A stretch of 64,000 nt of DNA, taken from the NCBI GenBank assembly GCA_963829055.1, contig CAWHHI010000016.1:544001-608000 (forward strand). Reading direction: 5' to 3'. Positions 44,194-61,504 of the stretch are shown piece by piece (position 1 is the first letter of the stretch; each line of letters starts with the position of its first letter). The DNA is from an uncultured Gemmatimonadaceae bacterium. GTDB taxonomy: Bacteria; Gemmatimonadota; Gemmatimonadetes; Gemmatimonadales; Gemmatimonadaceae. Below the pieces are notes generated by a model that saw only the letters and a program-made list of their open reading frames with translations, did no database searches and was not told the origin of the DNA. The translations under genes were made by a program, and so were the position numbers.

Positions 44194-45251
44194 TCGCGCT
44201 CCACCAGGCGTTCGAGCTTCTTGATGATGTCGGCCAGACGCAGCACGGCGGCGCTAGCCCGGAGCGACTGCCGATGCGGACGCGCCGGGTAGCCGGACCA
44301 GGTCTCGCCCGGCGGCACATCGCCGAACACGCCCGCCTGCCCAGCTATCTGCGCGCGCGCCCCAATCGTGATGTGACCGCCGAGTCCCGCCTGTCCCGCA
44401 ATGACGGCCCCGTCTTCCACGCGGGCGGAGCCGGCGATACCGACCTGCGCCAGGATGAGGCACAACCGGCCGATGCGCACGTTATGCGCGATGTGCACGA
44501 GGTTGTCGATCTTGGTCCCCGCACCAATCACCGTGTCATCGACGCTGCCACGATCGATCGTCGTGTTGGCGCCGATTTCGACGTCGTCCTCGATGATGCA
44601 ACGACCGACGTGCGGAATCTTCTCGTGCGCCGCGTTGCGAAACACGTAGCCGAAACCATCGCTCCCGAGTCTCACGCCGGCATGAACCACGACACGGTTG
44701 CCGAGCGTCGTGCCACTGTACAGAGTGGCGGACGGGAACACGCGGCTGTCGGTGCCGACCACCACGCCCGCGCCGACAGAGACGTGTGCCTCGATCCAGC
44801 TCCGGTCGCCGATCGCCGCGCCGTCCGCAATGACGGCATACGGACCGATCGTCACGTCGTTGCCTAACGTGACGCCACGACCGAGGCGCGCCGTCGCATG
44901 CACCCCGGGCTCGCGGGCCGGAGATCTGTACAGGCGTGGCAGCACCGCGAGCATCGCATCGTGCGGGCGATCGACCACGATCCGCGCAGCCGCCGTCGTC
45001 GCGAGCTCGGCGAATTCCGGCGCGATGAGCACGACGCTCGCCCGCGTTCGCTCGTACATCGGTGCATAACGCGCTTTCGCGAGAAAGCTCAGGTCTGTGT
45101 TCGTCGCGCGATCGAGCGGCGCCATGGCACGTACTTCGGCCGCGCCATCGCCCGTCACCACGCCGCCCACGAGGCCCGCAATGTCCGAAGCGGTGAGAGT
45201 GCGAACACCCTCACCGCTCGTCGATCGTTCAACCTGCTGCGACGCTGCCAC
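44190..45251 (-). CDS. lpxD: UDP-3-O-acylglucosamine N-acyltransferase
   Basis: [29 protein letters not shown], hexapeptide repeats; likely GTG start at 45251. Confidence 0.95.
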   Translation of the reverse strand: MAASQQVERSTSGEGVRTLTASDIAGLVGGVVTGDGAAEVRAMAPLDRATNTDLSFLAKARYAPMYERTRASVVLIAPEFAELATTAAARIVVDRPHDAMLAVLPRLYRSPAREPGVHATARLGRGVTLGNDVTIGPYAVIADGAAIGDRSWIEAHVSVGAGVVVGTDSRVFPSATLYSGTTLGNRVVVHAGVRLGSDGFGYVFRNAAHEKIPHVGRCIIEDDVEIGANTTIDRGSVDDTVIGAGTKIDNLVHIAHNVRIGRLCLILAQVGIAGSARVEDGAVIAGQAGLGGHITIGARAQIAGQAGVFGDVPPGETWSGYPARPHRQSLRASAAVLRLADIIKKLERLVERE

Positions 45252-45256
45252 TGCGA

Positions 45257-45887
45257 CTACGGTTTCGGCCGAGTCGCACCCGCGGGGGCGGGGCGCGGTC
45301 CCGCAGGTGCCCCCTTGCCGGTATCTGTCTTCGGTGCGCCGGGCGCCGGACGCCGTCACCGGCACGGGCTTCAGCCGCGAGATGACTTTCTCTGTGACAT
45401 CAAGGTTCCGATCGGCCGCCACGATAACGCCGGCCTCCGACCCAGCATCCAGAATGAACGCGTAGCCATCTTCCTGACGAATATCGTCGAGGACTTTCCG
45501 GATCTGGTCCATGATCGGCTTCACGAGCTCCATCTGCCGCTGCTGCATCTGCTGATCGAGCGCGCCGGCTCGCGCTTGATAGTCTTCCTGCTTCTTGCGA
45601 ATGGCCGACTCGCGCTGCTCGCGAACGTTCGCGGCGAGCGTCGCCTGCGCCTTCTGGTAATCCGCGATCATCGTCTGCAGAGAGTCGCCCATTTTCTGTA
45701 CCTGGGATCGCGACGTCTCCATCTCCTTGTTGAACTGATCCTCGGCTGCCTGGCGGCCAGGCGCGCGAGACAGGATCACCTTGCTATCGACGTAGCCGAT
45801 CTTCTGAGGTCCCTGCGAGAAGGCTGGGGCCGCAATGACGGGAGAGAGAACAAGCGCGAGCTTCGTCGCGCGGCGTATCAGATTCAT
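45257..45887 (-). CDS. skp: OmpH/Skp periplasmic chaperone; frameshift near 45340
   Basis: Signal peptide, KIGYVD, Q-rich coiled coil, GYAFILD, DVTEKVI; between bamA and lpxD. Confidence 0.88.
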
Positions 45888-45904
45888 GATAGAGCTCCGG
45901 AGTT

Positions 45905-48339
45905 TTAGAACAGCTGACCGAGTCGGAAGTGAAGAATCCACTTCGGGTCCGGACGTCCGAACTTGTCCAGACGATCGAAGCCGTAGCCGTAGTCGAGCCC
46001 GAGTGGCCCGAGCGGGGTGACGGTCGAAACACCGATGCCCGCACCGCGGAAGAGCCGCGTGGGGTCGAACTGGCCGGCCTTCCTGTACAGGTTGCCGACG
46101 TCGTAGAACAGATTCCCGTAGAGCGACTGGTTCACGCGAAGTCCGAGTTCCGCCGTGCCGTTGAAGAACGCTTTGCCGAACGACAAGCGCGTGGCGTTGA
46201 AGTTGTCGGTACCGGTGACGTAGCCACGGGGCGAGATCGAGAACTCCTGGTAGCCGCGCAACTGCTCGCCGTACTGTACGCCGCCCATGGCGAACTCCTG
46301 CGAGAAGAAGAACGGACCCGTGTTCCCGCTGACCATACCCGCGCGAGCCGTAAGCCCGAGCACGAACTTCAACGGTTGCGAACCGGCGGCCTTGCCGCCG
46401 ATCTGGCCGAGCGGCGCGTAGGCGCGGCTCTCCGCGCGGTACTGCTGGAATCTGTACGTGCCGCCTAACGGCCCACCCGACAGCTGCGCCGAGATGCTCT
46501 GCATCCCGCCAGACGTCGCGAACGGCATGTCGGCTCGCGTGTCGTGCGCCAGGGTCGAGCCGACCGTCGAGCGGTACGTGCTGTTGCCGTAGATGCTGGA
46601 TTGTTCGCCGAGCAGGCCGCTCGTGCCGAAGCGTCACGACTTCCGCACCATAGTTGAGAGCGGATTCGCGAGTACGGTGACCGCGGAACCGGGAAACCAA
46701 CCTCGAACGATCCACCGGTTCGCAGGCTACGACCCAGGTCGGCGACGGTGTAACGCGCCTGCGTCCGATAGGCCGAGACCGTCCCCGAGAAACGCGTCTG
46801 GCGGATAGCCGGGTCGCTATACGAGAGGTTGAAGTCGTTCACGTATCGGCCGAACTGCCACTGCAGCGCTCCGCGCTTGCACCGGCCAAACAGGTTCGGC
46901 TGGTCGAGGCCGATGAAGCCACCGACACCGAGCCCCTGTCCCACCGATGCACCGAAGTTGACGTTGCCGGTTCGCTTCTCTTTCACGTTGAAGATCACGT
47001 CCACGTCGCCCTGTTCGTTGGCAGGACGGGTGTCGGGCGGGGACACCGGCGTCTCGAAGAATCCGAGATTGCCGATGCTCTGCCAGCTGCGGATCAGGCG
47101 GTCCTGGTTGTACACGTCGCCGGGAATAATCACGAGTTGGTCGCGAATGCACGACTCTACCGTGTAGTCGTTCCCGACGATCTCGATGCGATTGATGATG
47201 GCGGGCGCTTTCTCGTCGATCACCCAACGGAGATCCACCACGTGCTGCGACGTATCCGACGTCACTCGCCGATCGACGACGGGCCGAAGGTCAGCGTAGA
47301 TGTACCCCTCGTTCCGATAGGCATTCTGCAGGCTGCTGAATGCTTGCTCCCACCGGTCCTTGTCGAACACGCCCTTCGGCGTTGGATCGGACGAAAGGCC
47401 GATACTCGACGTTACGACGCTTGTGATCGATCTCGTGTACTCGTTGAAGGGGTAGAAACGCATAACCTCTTCGGTCGAGAACCGCTTGTTCCCTTCGGCC
47501 TCGAATCGACCAACACGGTATTGCGGACCTTCGGAGACTGTGATCTCGAGGAGCGCTTTGCCGTTCTCGCGATCCACGATCATCGTGTCGCGGACGACTT
47601 GGAAGTCAATGTATCCGCGTTTGCCATAGAGCGCCGGCAGACGATCGCCGAGGTCGCCGGCGAATGTGTCCTCGTCGAACGCGCCCTTTCGGAACCAGAG
47701 GAAGCCCTCCGGCTTGGTCTTCATCGCGCCGACGATCTCGCCGTCGGAAACCTTCTTGTTGCCGATGATCCGAACGCCGGAAACGGCGACTCGACGCCCC
47801 TCGTCGACCTTGAACGTCAGCCGGATCTGGCCGCCGACGAACGTCGTCTCGGGTTTCACGCGCGCGAGATAGTACCCATGCGCTTCGTAGAGCGAATCGA
47901 TGCGCTCCACCGCGCGGGTAACCAGCGCGGGGTTGAGCGGACGGGCTTCGGGAATCTCGACGCGGTCACGGACCGACTTCTTCGAGACCCGGTCCACGCC
48001 TTCGATGCGAACGTCGGAGAGCACCGGCCGCTCCTTGACCGTGACAGCAACGACCGTCCGCGTGCCCGCTCCGGCAGCAGGGCTACACGTGATTTTCACG
48101 TCATCGAACTGACCGGTCGCGAAGATATTGCGAATGGCACGCTGGATGTCGCGGTAATTCAGGGTGGCGCCGGCTACGAGCCCTGCGTCACCTCGAATTG
48201 TCGCTTCGTCAACGTGTTCGTTGCCGCGAACCGCAATCGAATCCGGTACGGCGCAACTTCCAAGGGGTGTGGTGTCTTGCGCAAGCGCAGAAGCGCTCGC
48301 CGCTGCCAGACACAGCAGCACGAGAGGCAATCGGGACAT
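45905..48339 (-). CDS. bamA: Outer membrane protein assembly factor BamA; frameshifts near 46530-46670
   Basis: POTRA repeats (V.E.P, GNK, GY), NLFG.., LRGY motif, [11 protein letters not shown], terminal Phe. Confidence 0.94.
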
Positions 48340-48357
48340 GGCGGTAATATACACGAA

Positions 48358-48391
48358 AGCGCCCGCCGGGTTCACAGTCCCGGCGGGCGCT
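48358..48391 (-). terminator. Hairpin between clpC and bamA
   Basis: AGCGCCCGCCGGG-ttcacagt-CCCGGCGGGCGCT with only a short T run after it on the - strand. Confidence 0.55.
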
Positions 48392-48436
48392 ATCCATTGC
48401 CGCCGCCTAATGTTGGCGACGGATTGTCCCGATTGC

Positions 48437-50932
<2,496 letters not shown>

Positions 50933-50962
50933 ATGTCCCTCAAGTCCGGAGCTGTGCTCCGG

Positions 50963-52045
50963 TCACGCCTGCGAACCCGCCTCATTGATCAACGCCTGTC
51001 GCACGTATCGTGCGCGGGCGAGGTTCGCTTCGCTCTCAGTCAGCGCACGACCTTCTGCGTACGACAAGTGCGCGGACTGGCTGAAAATCAGGAGCTTGTT
51101 GAGGGTATATACACTCAGGCCGATGATCAGTTTCAGACCAACTGCCAACCGCACCCCGCTCAAAAAGTTCATCGCCTCATCGAACGAGAGGCTGCGGGCA
51201 TACCGCAGGGTGCCGTACGCACGCCAGAGCTTGTCCTCAATAATATACCCGGCGTCACGCAGCAACACCCGCCGCGCCTCCTCTTCACGTTCGATGACCG
51301 TGCGAACCACTCGTGCGAGGTGCTCGGCCAACTCGTCCTCCGAACGACCGAGCGTCGTCTGGTTCGAGATCTGGAAGAAGTTCCCCACGACCTCGCTGCC
51401 CTCGCCGTACAGCCCGCGATAGGTCAGCCCCATCGCCTGCAATCCAGCGAGCACCTTCCCGATCTCCTTCGTCAACACCAAACCGGGCAGGTGAATCAGC
51501 ACCGATGCACGCAGACCCGTTCCCGTATTCGTCGGGCACGCCGTCAGGAATCCGAACTCGTCGTGAAACGCGAACGGAACTCGGTTGCCTAACTCCCGAT
51601 CTACACGCATCACCGCTGCAAGCGCTTCGCTCACACTGAAGCCGGACCGGAGCGCCTGCAAACGAAGATGGTCCTCCTCGTTTATCATGACGCCCGCCGA
51701 CTCGCAGAGATACAAAGCCGCGCCACTGCGCACTCCCTGAGGGAGATCCAATCCTGCGAGCTCCTTGCTCACGAGATGTCGCTCGTGCAGCAACAGCCGG
51801 TCAGTGGGCGGCATCTCGTCCACCCGGAGCAGCACGCCATTCGAGAGCGCCGGGACGTGCGGCAGCGCTTCGCGCACCTGCGTCAGGATCCGAAGCCGCT
51901 CTCCGTCACGAGCACGACCAGTGAACGCGTACCCCTCGACGTTGCGCGCGAGGCGGATGCGGGTCGACAGCACGATGTCAGCGTGGTCGCCTGACGCGTC
52001 GAGCCAGCTTGCCCCGCCATCAGGAAGCAATGAGAGATCGACCAT
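50963..52045 (-). CDS. mcsB: Protein arginine kinase
   Basis: STRIRLARN, ERHLVS, INEEDHLR, LTACPTNTGTGLRAS, QISNQTTLG. Confidence 0.95.
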   Translation of the reverse strand: MVDLSLLPDGGASWLDASGDHADIVLSTRIRLARNVEGYAFTGRARDGERLRILTQVREALPHVPALSNGVLLRVDEMPPTDRLLLHERHLVSKELAGLDLPQGVRSGAALYLCESAGVMINEEDHLRLQALRSGFSVSEALAAVMRVDRELGNRVPFAFHDEFGFLTACPTNTGTGLRASVLIHLPGLVLTKEIGKVLAGLQAMGLTYRGLYGEGSEVVGNFFQISNQTTLGRSEDELAEHLARVVRTVIEREEEARRVLLRDAGYIIEDKLWRAYGTLRYARSLSFDEAMNFLSGVRLAVGLKLIIGLSVYTLNKLLIFSQSAHLSYAEGRALTESEANLARARYVRQALINEAGSQA

Positions 52046-52530
52046 TACTCGAGTCCCTTGATCTGATCGCGAATGGAGGCCGCGAGCTCGAACTGTTCCG
52101 TCTCGACGGCACGACGCAGTTTCTCGCGCAGTTCCCCGATCACCGATGTTCCCTCGAAGAAAAGCGGCGTAGGCGGCTCATAACGCCGCCCCGCATGACG
52201 CGAATTTCCATGAATCTTCCGCAGCAGCTCGCGAAGGCTCTGCTCGAACGTTCCGTAGCAGTGCATGCACCCGAGCCGCCCGGAATTCCGGAACTCGCGG
52301 AGCGTCGTCGAGCAGAACGCGCAACGCGCCGAGTCACCCTGCTGCCCGCCTAACTGCTGCTGCACGCCAGACAGGAAGTCACTCAGCGGGTGCTTCGGCA
52401 TTGTCGCCGTCGTCTCGATGCCGCGCGCCGCCGCGCACTTCTCGCAGAGGTTCTCGAGCGTCACCGAGTTGTTCTCCATCTTGGTGACTTGGACAACGCC
52501 TTCACGTTCCCTGCACACATCGCACAACAT
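52045..52530 (-). CDS. mcsA: McsB activator (CxxC motifs + UVR domain)
   Basis: Four CxxC motifs, GRLGC..CY, HG..RH.G, EQFELAASIRDQIK. Confidence 0.93.
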   Translation of the reverse strand: MLCDVCREREGVVQVTKMENNSVTLENLCEKCAAARGIETTATMPKHPLSDFLSGVQQQLGGQQGDSARCAFCSTTLREFRNSGRLGCMHCYGTFEQSLRELLRKIHGNSRHAGRRYEPPTPLFFEGTSVIGELREKLRRAVETEQFELAASIRDQIKGLE

Positions 52531-53229
52531 CAGGCAACGACCCCCCGGACATCGGTATCGACTAGTCGACCATCCTCGAGCAGCAGCGCGCGGTCCGCGC
52601 GCGCCGCCAGCGACCGGTTATGCGTGACCACGACCATCCCAATCTCCAGGTCGCGAGCGAGTTGCGCGAACACCTCGTGCAACCGCTCGCCGTTTCGATG
52701 ATCGAGATTGCCCGTCGGCTCATCCGCCATCAGCACCGCCGGGTCGACCGCGAGAGCGCGCGCCACAGCCGTGCGCTGCTGCTCGCCGCCCGACAGCTCG
52801 CTCGGCCGGTGATGCATGCGCGCGCTCAGCCCCACGCGCGACAGCAACTCGGAAGCGCGACCCTTGGCTTCTGACACCGGCGTACCACCAATACGCATCG
52901 GCATCATCACGTTCTCGAGCGCCGAGAACTCACGCAGCAAATGGTGGTACTGAAACACGAACCCGACTTTTCGGTTCCTGATCACCGCCAGCTCATCGTC
53001 CGTTCGATTCATCGATCGACTCACCACCGATCAGCACGTGGCCACGCGACGGGCGGTCGAGCGCGCCGATCACGTGCAGCAGCGTGCTCTTGCCCGCGCC
53101 GCTCTCGCCGACGATCGCGATCATCTCACCGCGTTTGACGCTGAGATTCACGCCGTTGAGGATGTGGAGCGTGCTCCCGTCCCCTCCGCGATACGACTTC
53201 GCGATGTCGTGGGCTTCGAGCACGTTCAT
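52530..53229 (-). CDS. lolD: Lipoprotein-release ABC ATPase; frameshift near 53010
   Basis: [37 protein letters not shown]. Confidence 0.9.
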
Positions 53230-53248
53230 CGGTCCACCTGACTCGTGA

Positions 53249-55980
<2,732 letters not shown>

Positions 55981-55984
<4 letters not shown>

Positions 55985-57097
55985 GACGACCCCACGCGTT
56001 CGCCCGTCTGCTTGAGATACGCCCGAATGAACGGGTCGATACCACCATCCATGACTTTCTGCACGTCCGGGATCTTCAACTCGGTTCGGTGGTCGTTGAC
56101 CATCGTGTAGGGCTGGAAGACGTAGCTGCGAATCTGGCTGCCGAACGACACGTCGGACTTTGTAGCGTCCAGCTTCGCCTTCTCTGCCGCCTGCTTGTCC
56201 GCTTCGATCTGATAGAGGCGGTTCTTCAGCATTTTCATCGCGGTCGCCTTGTTCTTGAACTGCGAGCGCTCCTGCTGCGACGCGACGACGACTCCGCTCG
56301 GGATGTGCGTGAGCCTAACGGCGGAGCTGGTCTTGTTTACATGCTGGCCACCCGCGCCGCTCGCGCGGTAGACATCCATTTTGATGTCCTCGTCGCGGAT
56401 CTCGATCTTGATCTCGTCGTCCACCACCGGATACACGAATACCGAGGCGAAGCTCGTGTGCCGGCGCGACTGTGCGTCGAACGGTGAGATGCGAACGAGA
56501 CGGTGTACTCCCGTCTCGGGGCGGAGAAAGCCGAAGGCGTGCTGGCCCTTGATCTCGAGGACCGCACCCTTGATTCCCGCTTCCTCCCCCTCGCTGAGGT
56601 CGAGGATCTCGACCGTGTACCCTTTTCGCTCCGCCCAGCGCGTGTACATCCGCATGAGCATCTGGGCCCAATCCTGCGCTTCGGTGCCACCGGCGCCGGC
56701 GCTGATCTCGACCTGCGCATCGCGAAAGTCGTCCGGTCCGCGGAGCAGCGAACGCAGTTCGTAGGCGTCGATCTCAGTCTCGACGGCATCGAGCTCTTGA
56801 TCGACGTCCGCGGACATAGACTGATCGGGCTCACCCGCCAGCAGTTCGTCCAACTCCACGGCGCCTGCCACGCGGGCCACGAGCTTGTCGTATGGCTCGA
56901 TCCAGCCCTTCAATTCTTTGACCTGCTGGACACCGACGCGCGCACTCTCCTGATCGTTCCAGAAGGTCGTCCCGGCCATGCGTCCTTCGAGCTGTGTCAG
57001 CGCTTCCCGCTTGCGATCGAGGTCAAAGATACCTCCTTAGCTCGAGCAGCCGATCCTCGGCGTCTCGGAGCCGACGCGTACGCTCGGTCTCTGCCAT
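55981..57097 (-). CDS. prfB: Peptide chain release factor 2 (programmed +1 frameshift)
   Basis: MAETERT...LRRYL then CTT TGA C; GGQ and SPF motifs in the downstream frame. Confidence 0.96.
57022..57037 (-). promoter_or_regulatory. prfB autoregulatory frameshift site
   Basis: AGGAGG-TAT-CTT-TGA-C: internal Shine-Dalgarno plus slippery CTT TGA. Confidence 0.93.
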
Positions 57098-57234
57098 TGT
57101 CTTCGTCCCCATCGCGGCGAATATGACATGAGCCGCCCTCCACGCCGGAGAGCGGCTCAGCTGTCACTGGTGTGCGATGAAGATAGCCGGAAAACGGATA
57201 TCGAACCACCCCGGCGCCGCCCGCTTGCGAACGG

Positions 57235-58326
57235 CTAGAAGACTTTCTTGCCGCCCGCCAGCACGTCGTTCAACGCATCCTGAAAGTGAGATGTTGTTTC
57301 GGCGAACTCCTTCCCGATCTGATCGACGTATTCCTCGTAGCTCTTCTTGATCTCCTCTCGGAAGAGCTGCTTGAGGGTGCCGGCCCGCATTCCCTCATCT
57401 CGTTTTTGCGGATGGTACGCGACCATATCGGAAACCAGCGCGCGAGCGAGTCGCTTGGCCTTCTGGTTGGGATCGTTCGCGAGGAACGGATTGATCGGCG
57501 ATTTCGGCGGCGTTGCGGCCGTGGCGTCGGCGCGCGCCGGCTGCACAGTTGGCGAGTCGGCCATCGGCGACGCAGCGCGCGGCATCGGAAACGGTGTGGC
57601 GGAAGCGGCCGAAGGCGGTATGGGAGCAACAGAGCGAGCCGCCGGCGCGCCAATCGGGACATCGCTCGTTCTCATGTCCGGCGACGGCGCGCTACTCGGG
57701 CGCGTCGTCTGGCCAGATGTCGTCGCGCGAAGGCGCAGCCGGACGTGGCGGCTGCATCGACGGCACCTGCGGCGCGACAGGCGCCGCGGGTGGTCCCGAT
57801 GCGCGAGCGGGTGGACTCATCGGCGGAGCCATCGCAGCCTGCGGCATCGAGCCCTGAGCGCTCGATGCGGGCGGCGCGCTCTTCGTTTCCGCGAGATGCG
57901 GATGGTGCTGAGGGGCCGCGGCCGACGGCATCGTTGGAACTCCTGCCGGTGTCGGTCGGCGTCCCGGAGCGAACGGCGGAACCCGAGTCGGCGTCGCCGA
58001 TCGAGGGACGCCGGCGGGCGGCGTGAGGAAGCAGCGCCTGCCGTGCCTAACGCTTGGCTGGCACCCGATGGACCCCGGGACCCTTCGGCCGCGATGGGTC
58101 GGTCGGCGAGGCCTGCGGCTCCGGTGGCCGATGCTCCGGCTCGCGCTGGCGCAGCCGTTAGGCTGGCCGCGTCGTGAGAGATCGCGAAATCATCGGTCCA
58201 ACTTCGCGCCGATGTGATCGGGATGATGCCGCCGCAAACCGAGCAGCGCGCGCGTATGCCGGGTCCCGGTACGCGAGCAGGGTCCACTCGGAACACGGAC
58301 TGACACTCGGGACATGAAACGTTCAT
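57235..58326 (-). CDS. Zinc-ribbon (MJ0042 finger-like) protein with disordered linker and helical C-terminal domain; frameshifted
   Basis: CPECQSVFRV...RCSVC; Pro/Ala linker across frames; KAKRLARALVSDMVAY...F.DALN. Confidence 0.7.
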
Positions 58327-59340
58327 GACTCGTCGCCCAGGCTAAGCGGAACGTCGGATCGTGCCGACGGCGAACGAACCGGTTGACCTACCGGCGCGTC
58401 TTGCCGACGATCGATCGTGTACACGGAACCCGTCAACGTCTTTGCGTAACTCTTCATTTCGGTCGCAAGCTCGCTCACCTGAGCCGCGGTCGCAAACTGT
58501 CGGCGCTCGTTCGACACAACCCCGATGGAAACGGTCATGAGCGGGACGCGGTGGAGTTGCCCCCGCCGATCCTTGCCGAAGAAGTATCCCGCGCGTCGGT
58601 CCTGCTCGGAATATTGATAGGGAACCAAGGAATCGAAGATGAACACGATTTCGGCGCATGTGTCGTTCACGGCCGACGCTGGAACGATAAAGATGAAATC
58701 GTCGCCACCAATGTGGCCGACGAATCCCTGCTCCGCACATATACCTTTTACCACATCGTGCAGGATCTTCGCGAGAATGCGGATCACACGATCGCCGTCG
58801 TAATAACTATATCGATCGTTGAATTCCTTGAAGTGATCCAGGTCCGCGTAGCAGACAGCGAACGGTGCGTCCTGATGCAATCGCCGCGTGATCTCGGCCT
58901 CGATGTCGATCGTGCCAGGAAGTCGCGTGGATGGATGGACGAATACATCGCGATCGGAACGGCGCAGCAGGACGTCGAATCGAATCGTTGACTCGTCGGT
59001 GCTCAGTCCGTCGTTCGTCACCTCGTCGGCGCCGGAGTCGAAGGCGGCGCGTAGCGCCCCGTCCGCTGTTCCGCAGACAAAGAGCGCGGGAATGATCCCG
59101 GTGAACGAGTCGCTCTTCAGCCGCGTGCAGGCCTCGAGGCAGCTCTCGGCGTGGGAGCGTCCGTCGAAGACGACGAGCCTGGGTCGACCTCTGAGCGCGC
59201 GCGCCATGAGCTCGTCTGCGACTCTGCACGAGCACCGCGGCGATTCCGCGCGCGGCGAGCCACGAGGAAATCGCCTCGGGCGGGGATCCCCCGCCTGGGC
59301 TGAACACCATCGCTGTATGCCGCTGCGACACGCTACGCAA
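58323..59340 (-). CDS. Receiver-like + GGDEF (GGDDF) diguanylate cyclase; frameshift near 59220
   Basis: HPSTRLPG, ADLDHFKEFNDRY...GDRVI, GHIGGDDF, TVSIGV. Confidence 0.88.
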
Positions 59341-59503
59341 TGCTCATGCTGGGGGGCGCGAAGTTATCGGTGACATGAAACGAATCAGAACGCAAACGAT
59401 CCTGTGCGTTGCGTCACAGGTCGCCGCTGGCCGAGTGTCCGGGGATCATCTGTAGACGCGGCGGTGCCACTCAACGTCATTTGAAGGGGCCGCATCACCG
59501 AAA

Positions 59504-60346
59504 TCATCGAATCGGGAATGACCCGAAGAGCTCGAACCGCTGCGATCCCGCTTCCTCGTGACGCCGCAGCCTGACCGTGATGAAAGCGTCCACCGTGCTC
59601 AGGGCGTGATTCGCGATCACGACCCCGAGGTCCTGGAGTGACGTCCGGTAGGCGTTGTTGCTCCTTCGAATGGTGCGCCGGAACTCCGCGTACTCCAGAC
59701 GAGCGTTGCTCCACGACCATCGGTAGTCAGCGGTGACCGCTCGGTCCCGGTAGAAGAGCTCCGCGTTCCTGGACTCTGCCTCGTCTCGCGGTGCGTCCGG
59801 GTTGGCCCAGTACGTCTGACGAGCGAGCAACCAGATTGCACCGTTGGCGGTCGTCGTGTCTGTCTCCGGATTCAGGTCACCGCCCGGTATGACGTCGAAG
59901 GCTCCGCTCGAGACGAACTTCTCCATCCGCTCGTAGTAGTCGAAGTCACCGATGGGACGCGTGGCGCTGAACGGTCGCCGGGCGACCTCGGACGCCAGGT
60001 TGCGGTAGCTGCCACGCGCTCGCTGTCCCTCCTTGGCGTCCGCTGCATAACGCGCCCACGCGTACGCCTCCACCGCGAGATACGCGACAACCCGGTCCTG
60101 ACCGAGAAGTGCCTGGCCGGTACCTGGCACGATCGCCGACGCGAGAACCGCCCACGCCGTCGTCTCGCGCGATGAATCCTGCCGCGCCCGCAGTCGATCC
60201 AGCAAATCGCCGTGTGGAACCGCGCTACCGCGCCAGGCGGCGGGTTGTTGCGCTGCGAACGAGCGGCCGACCGACGCGCGCTGTGCGAGGCCGCTCGACA
60301 GCGGCAGCGCTATCGCCAGGAGCACCACCACCCATCGCGGCTTCAA
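59504..60346 (-). CDS. Hypothetical exported/membrane protein
   Basis: Signal peptide; SAIVPGTGQ, YYE, WSW, VDAF motifs. Confidence 0.6.
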   Translation of the reverse strand: MKPRWVVVLLAIALPLSSGLAQRASVGRSFAAQQPAAWRGSAVPHGDLLDRLRARQDSSRETTAWAVLASAIVPGTGQALLGQDRVVAYLAVEAYAWARYAADAKEGQRARGSYRNLASEVARRPFSATRPIGDFDYYERMEKFVSSGAFDVIPGGDLNPETDTTTANGAIWLLARQTYWANPDAPRDEAESRNAELFYRDRAVTADYRWSWSNARLEYAEFRRTIRRSNNAYRTSLQDLGVVIANHALSTVDAFITVRLRRHEEAGSQRFELFGSFPIR

Positions 60347-61356
60347 AACAGGTAGCGAAGCGAGAGAAACGTCGGTGCCTTCCCCGCGTCAGCGGAAAGC
60401 CCGCTGAGTATGCGAGCCACGTCGAACACCAGGTTACCCGTGCTGAGGCCAATGCCTATGGACGGACCGCCTGCCTCCGACCGAGACGCTTCGAACGCGT
60501 AGCCGGCCCGCACGTGAAATCGATCGCGGTACGCAATGTCGGTCCCGAATCGCGGCGCTGGGTTCCCTACGTGGATTCCGTCGGAGAGGTCGAACGCGAG
60601 GCGCACGGCTGTTTCGGGCGCGAGTTTCGGAGGCAAGTCCAGGCGGTACTGTACTCCGACCTGCAGACGCATCGGCAACTCATCCGCCTGCGGGCTATCG
60701 TTGACCTGCAGCTTGATGCCGACGAAGTTGCGCGCCGCAATTCCGATGACCAATGGCACGGAGCGTTTGACCAGAAACTGCGCGCCGAGATCGAGCGCGC
60801 TCGTCGTCGATGAGAACGTGATGTCGTCGGGACACGGCCCGGTGCAGTCGATGCGAAACTGCACGAGTTTGTACGTGAGCCCGGCGGTGACGTAGCTGCC
60901 TAACGATGTCGCGTACGTCGCCGCATAGATGAAGCTTCGCGGAATGATCGTGCCGCTTACCGCCTCACCGCCAGCCGGAGGCTCAATGGGGGTGAATTCT
61001 TGCTCGCCGTAGTCGAAGATGTTCACGGACAACGCCAGGACACCGAGTAGAGACGATGGAACGACGATCGTCACGGCGTCTCCGGTACCGGCGACACTCT
61101 GCGAGTGGTGGATCGCCGCCTCTCGACGTGTCGAGGCGCCGAGACCAGCGGGGTTCCACCAAATGTTTTCGCTACCGGACCGGTCGGCCACGACGGCCTG
61201 GCCCATTCCCACGGATCGAGCGCCTACCGGCAATAGCAGGAAGAGCGCGCCTTCCTGAGCGAGCCCACTCTGCGCGCGTGAGACCGCCGCGACACTTGAG
61301 ATCAGCGCAAATGCGCCAGCGAGTGCGACGACCAGGCTAGAGCGGCGTCGCCTCAT
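60343..61356 (-). CDS. PorV/PorQ-family outer-membrane beta-barrel
   Basis: [30 protein letters not shown], terminal YLF. Confidence 0.75.
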   Translation of the reverse strand: MRRRRSSLVVALAGAFALISSVAAVSRAQSGLAQEGALFLLLPVGARSVGMGQAVVADRSGSENIWWNPAGLGASTRREAAIHHSQSVAGTGDAVTIVVPSSLLGVLALSVNIFDYGEQEFTPIEPPAGGEAVSGTIIPRSFIYAATYATSLGSYVTAGLTYKLVQFRIDCTGPCPDDITFSSTTSALDLGAQFLVKRSVPLVIGIAARNFVGIKLQVNDSPQADELPMRLQVGVQYRLDLPPKLAPETAVRLAFDLSDGIHVGNPAPRFGTDIAYRDRFHVRAGYAFEASRSEAGGPSIGIGLSTGNLVFDVARILSGLSADAGKAPTFLSLRYLF

Positions 61357-61504
61357 CCGCGAGCATTATCGGGATGTCGTCTCGCACCGGGTAGCGGAGT
61401 CGGCAGTTGTGACACACCAAGCTCGCCTCCTCGGCACGATACTCGAGCTCGCCTTTGCACTTCGGGCAGACGAGAATCGATAGCAACTGCGGAGACAAGG
61501 TCAT
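61337..61504 (-). CDS. Trm112-like (UPF0434/YcaR) protein, 55 aa, not in the ORF track
   Basis: Hand translation: [22 protein letters not shown]...[27 protein letters not shown]. Confidence 0.9.
   Translation of the reverse strand: MTLSPQLLSILVCPKCKGELEYRAEEASLVCHNCRLRYPVRDDIPIMLADEATPL

Noticed and set aside
44190..46715. 841-aa Skp-LpxD fusion ORF
   Set aside because: A 1-nt shift near 45340 ends Skp at TAG 45257-45259 just before the lpxD GTG; the N-terminal part is an off-frame read of bamA
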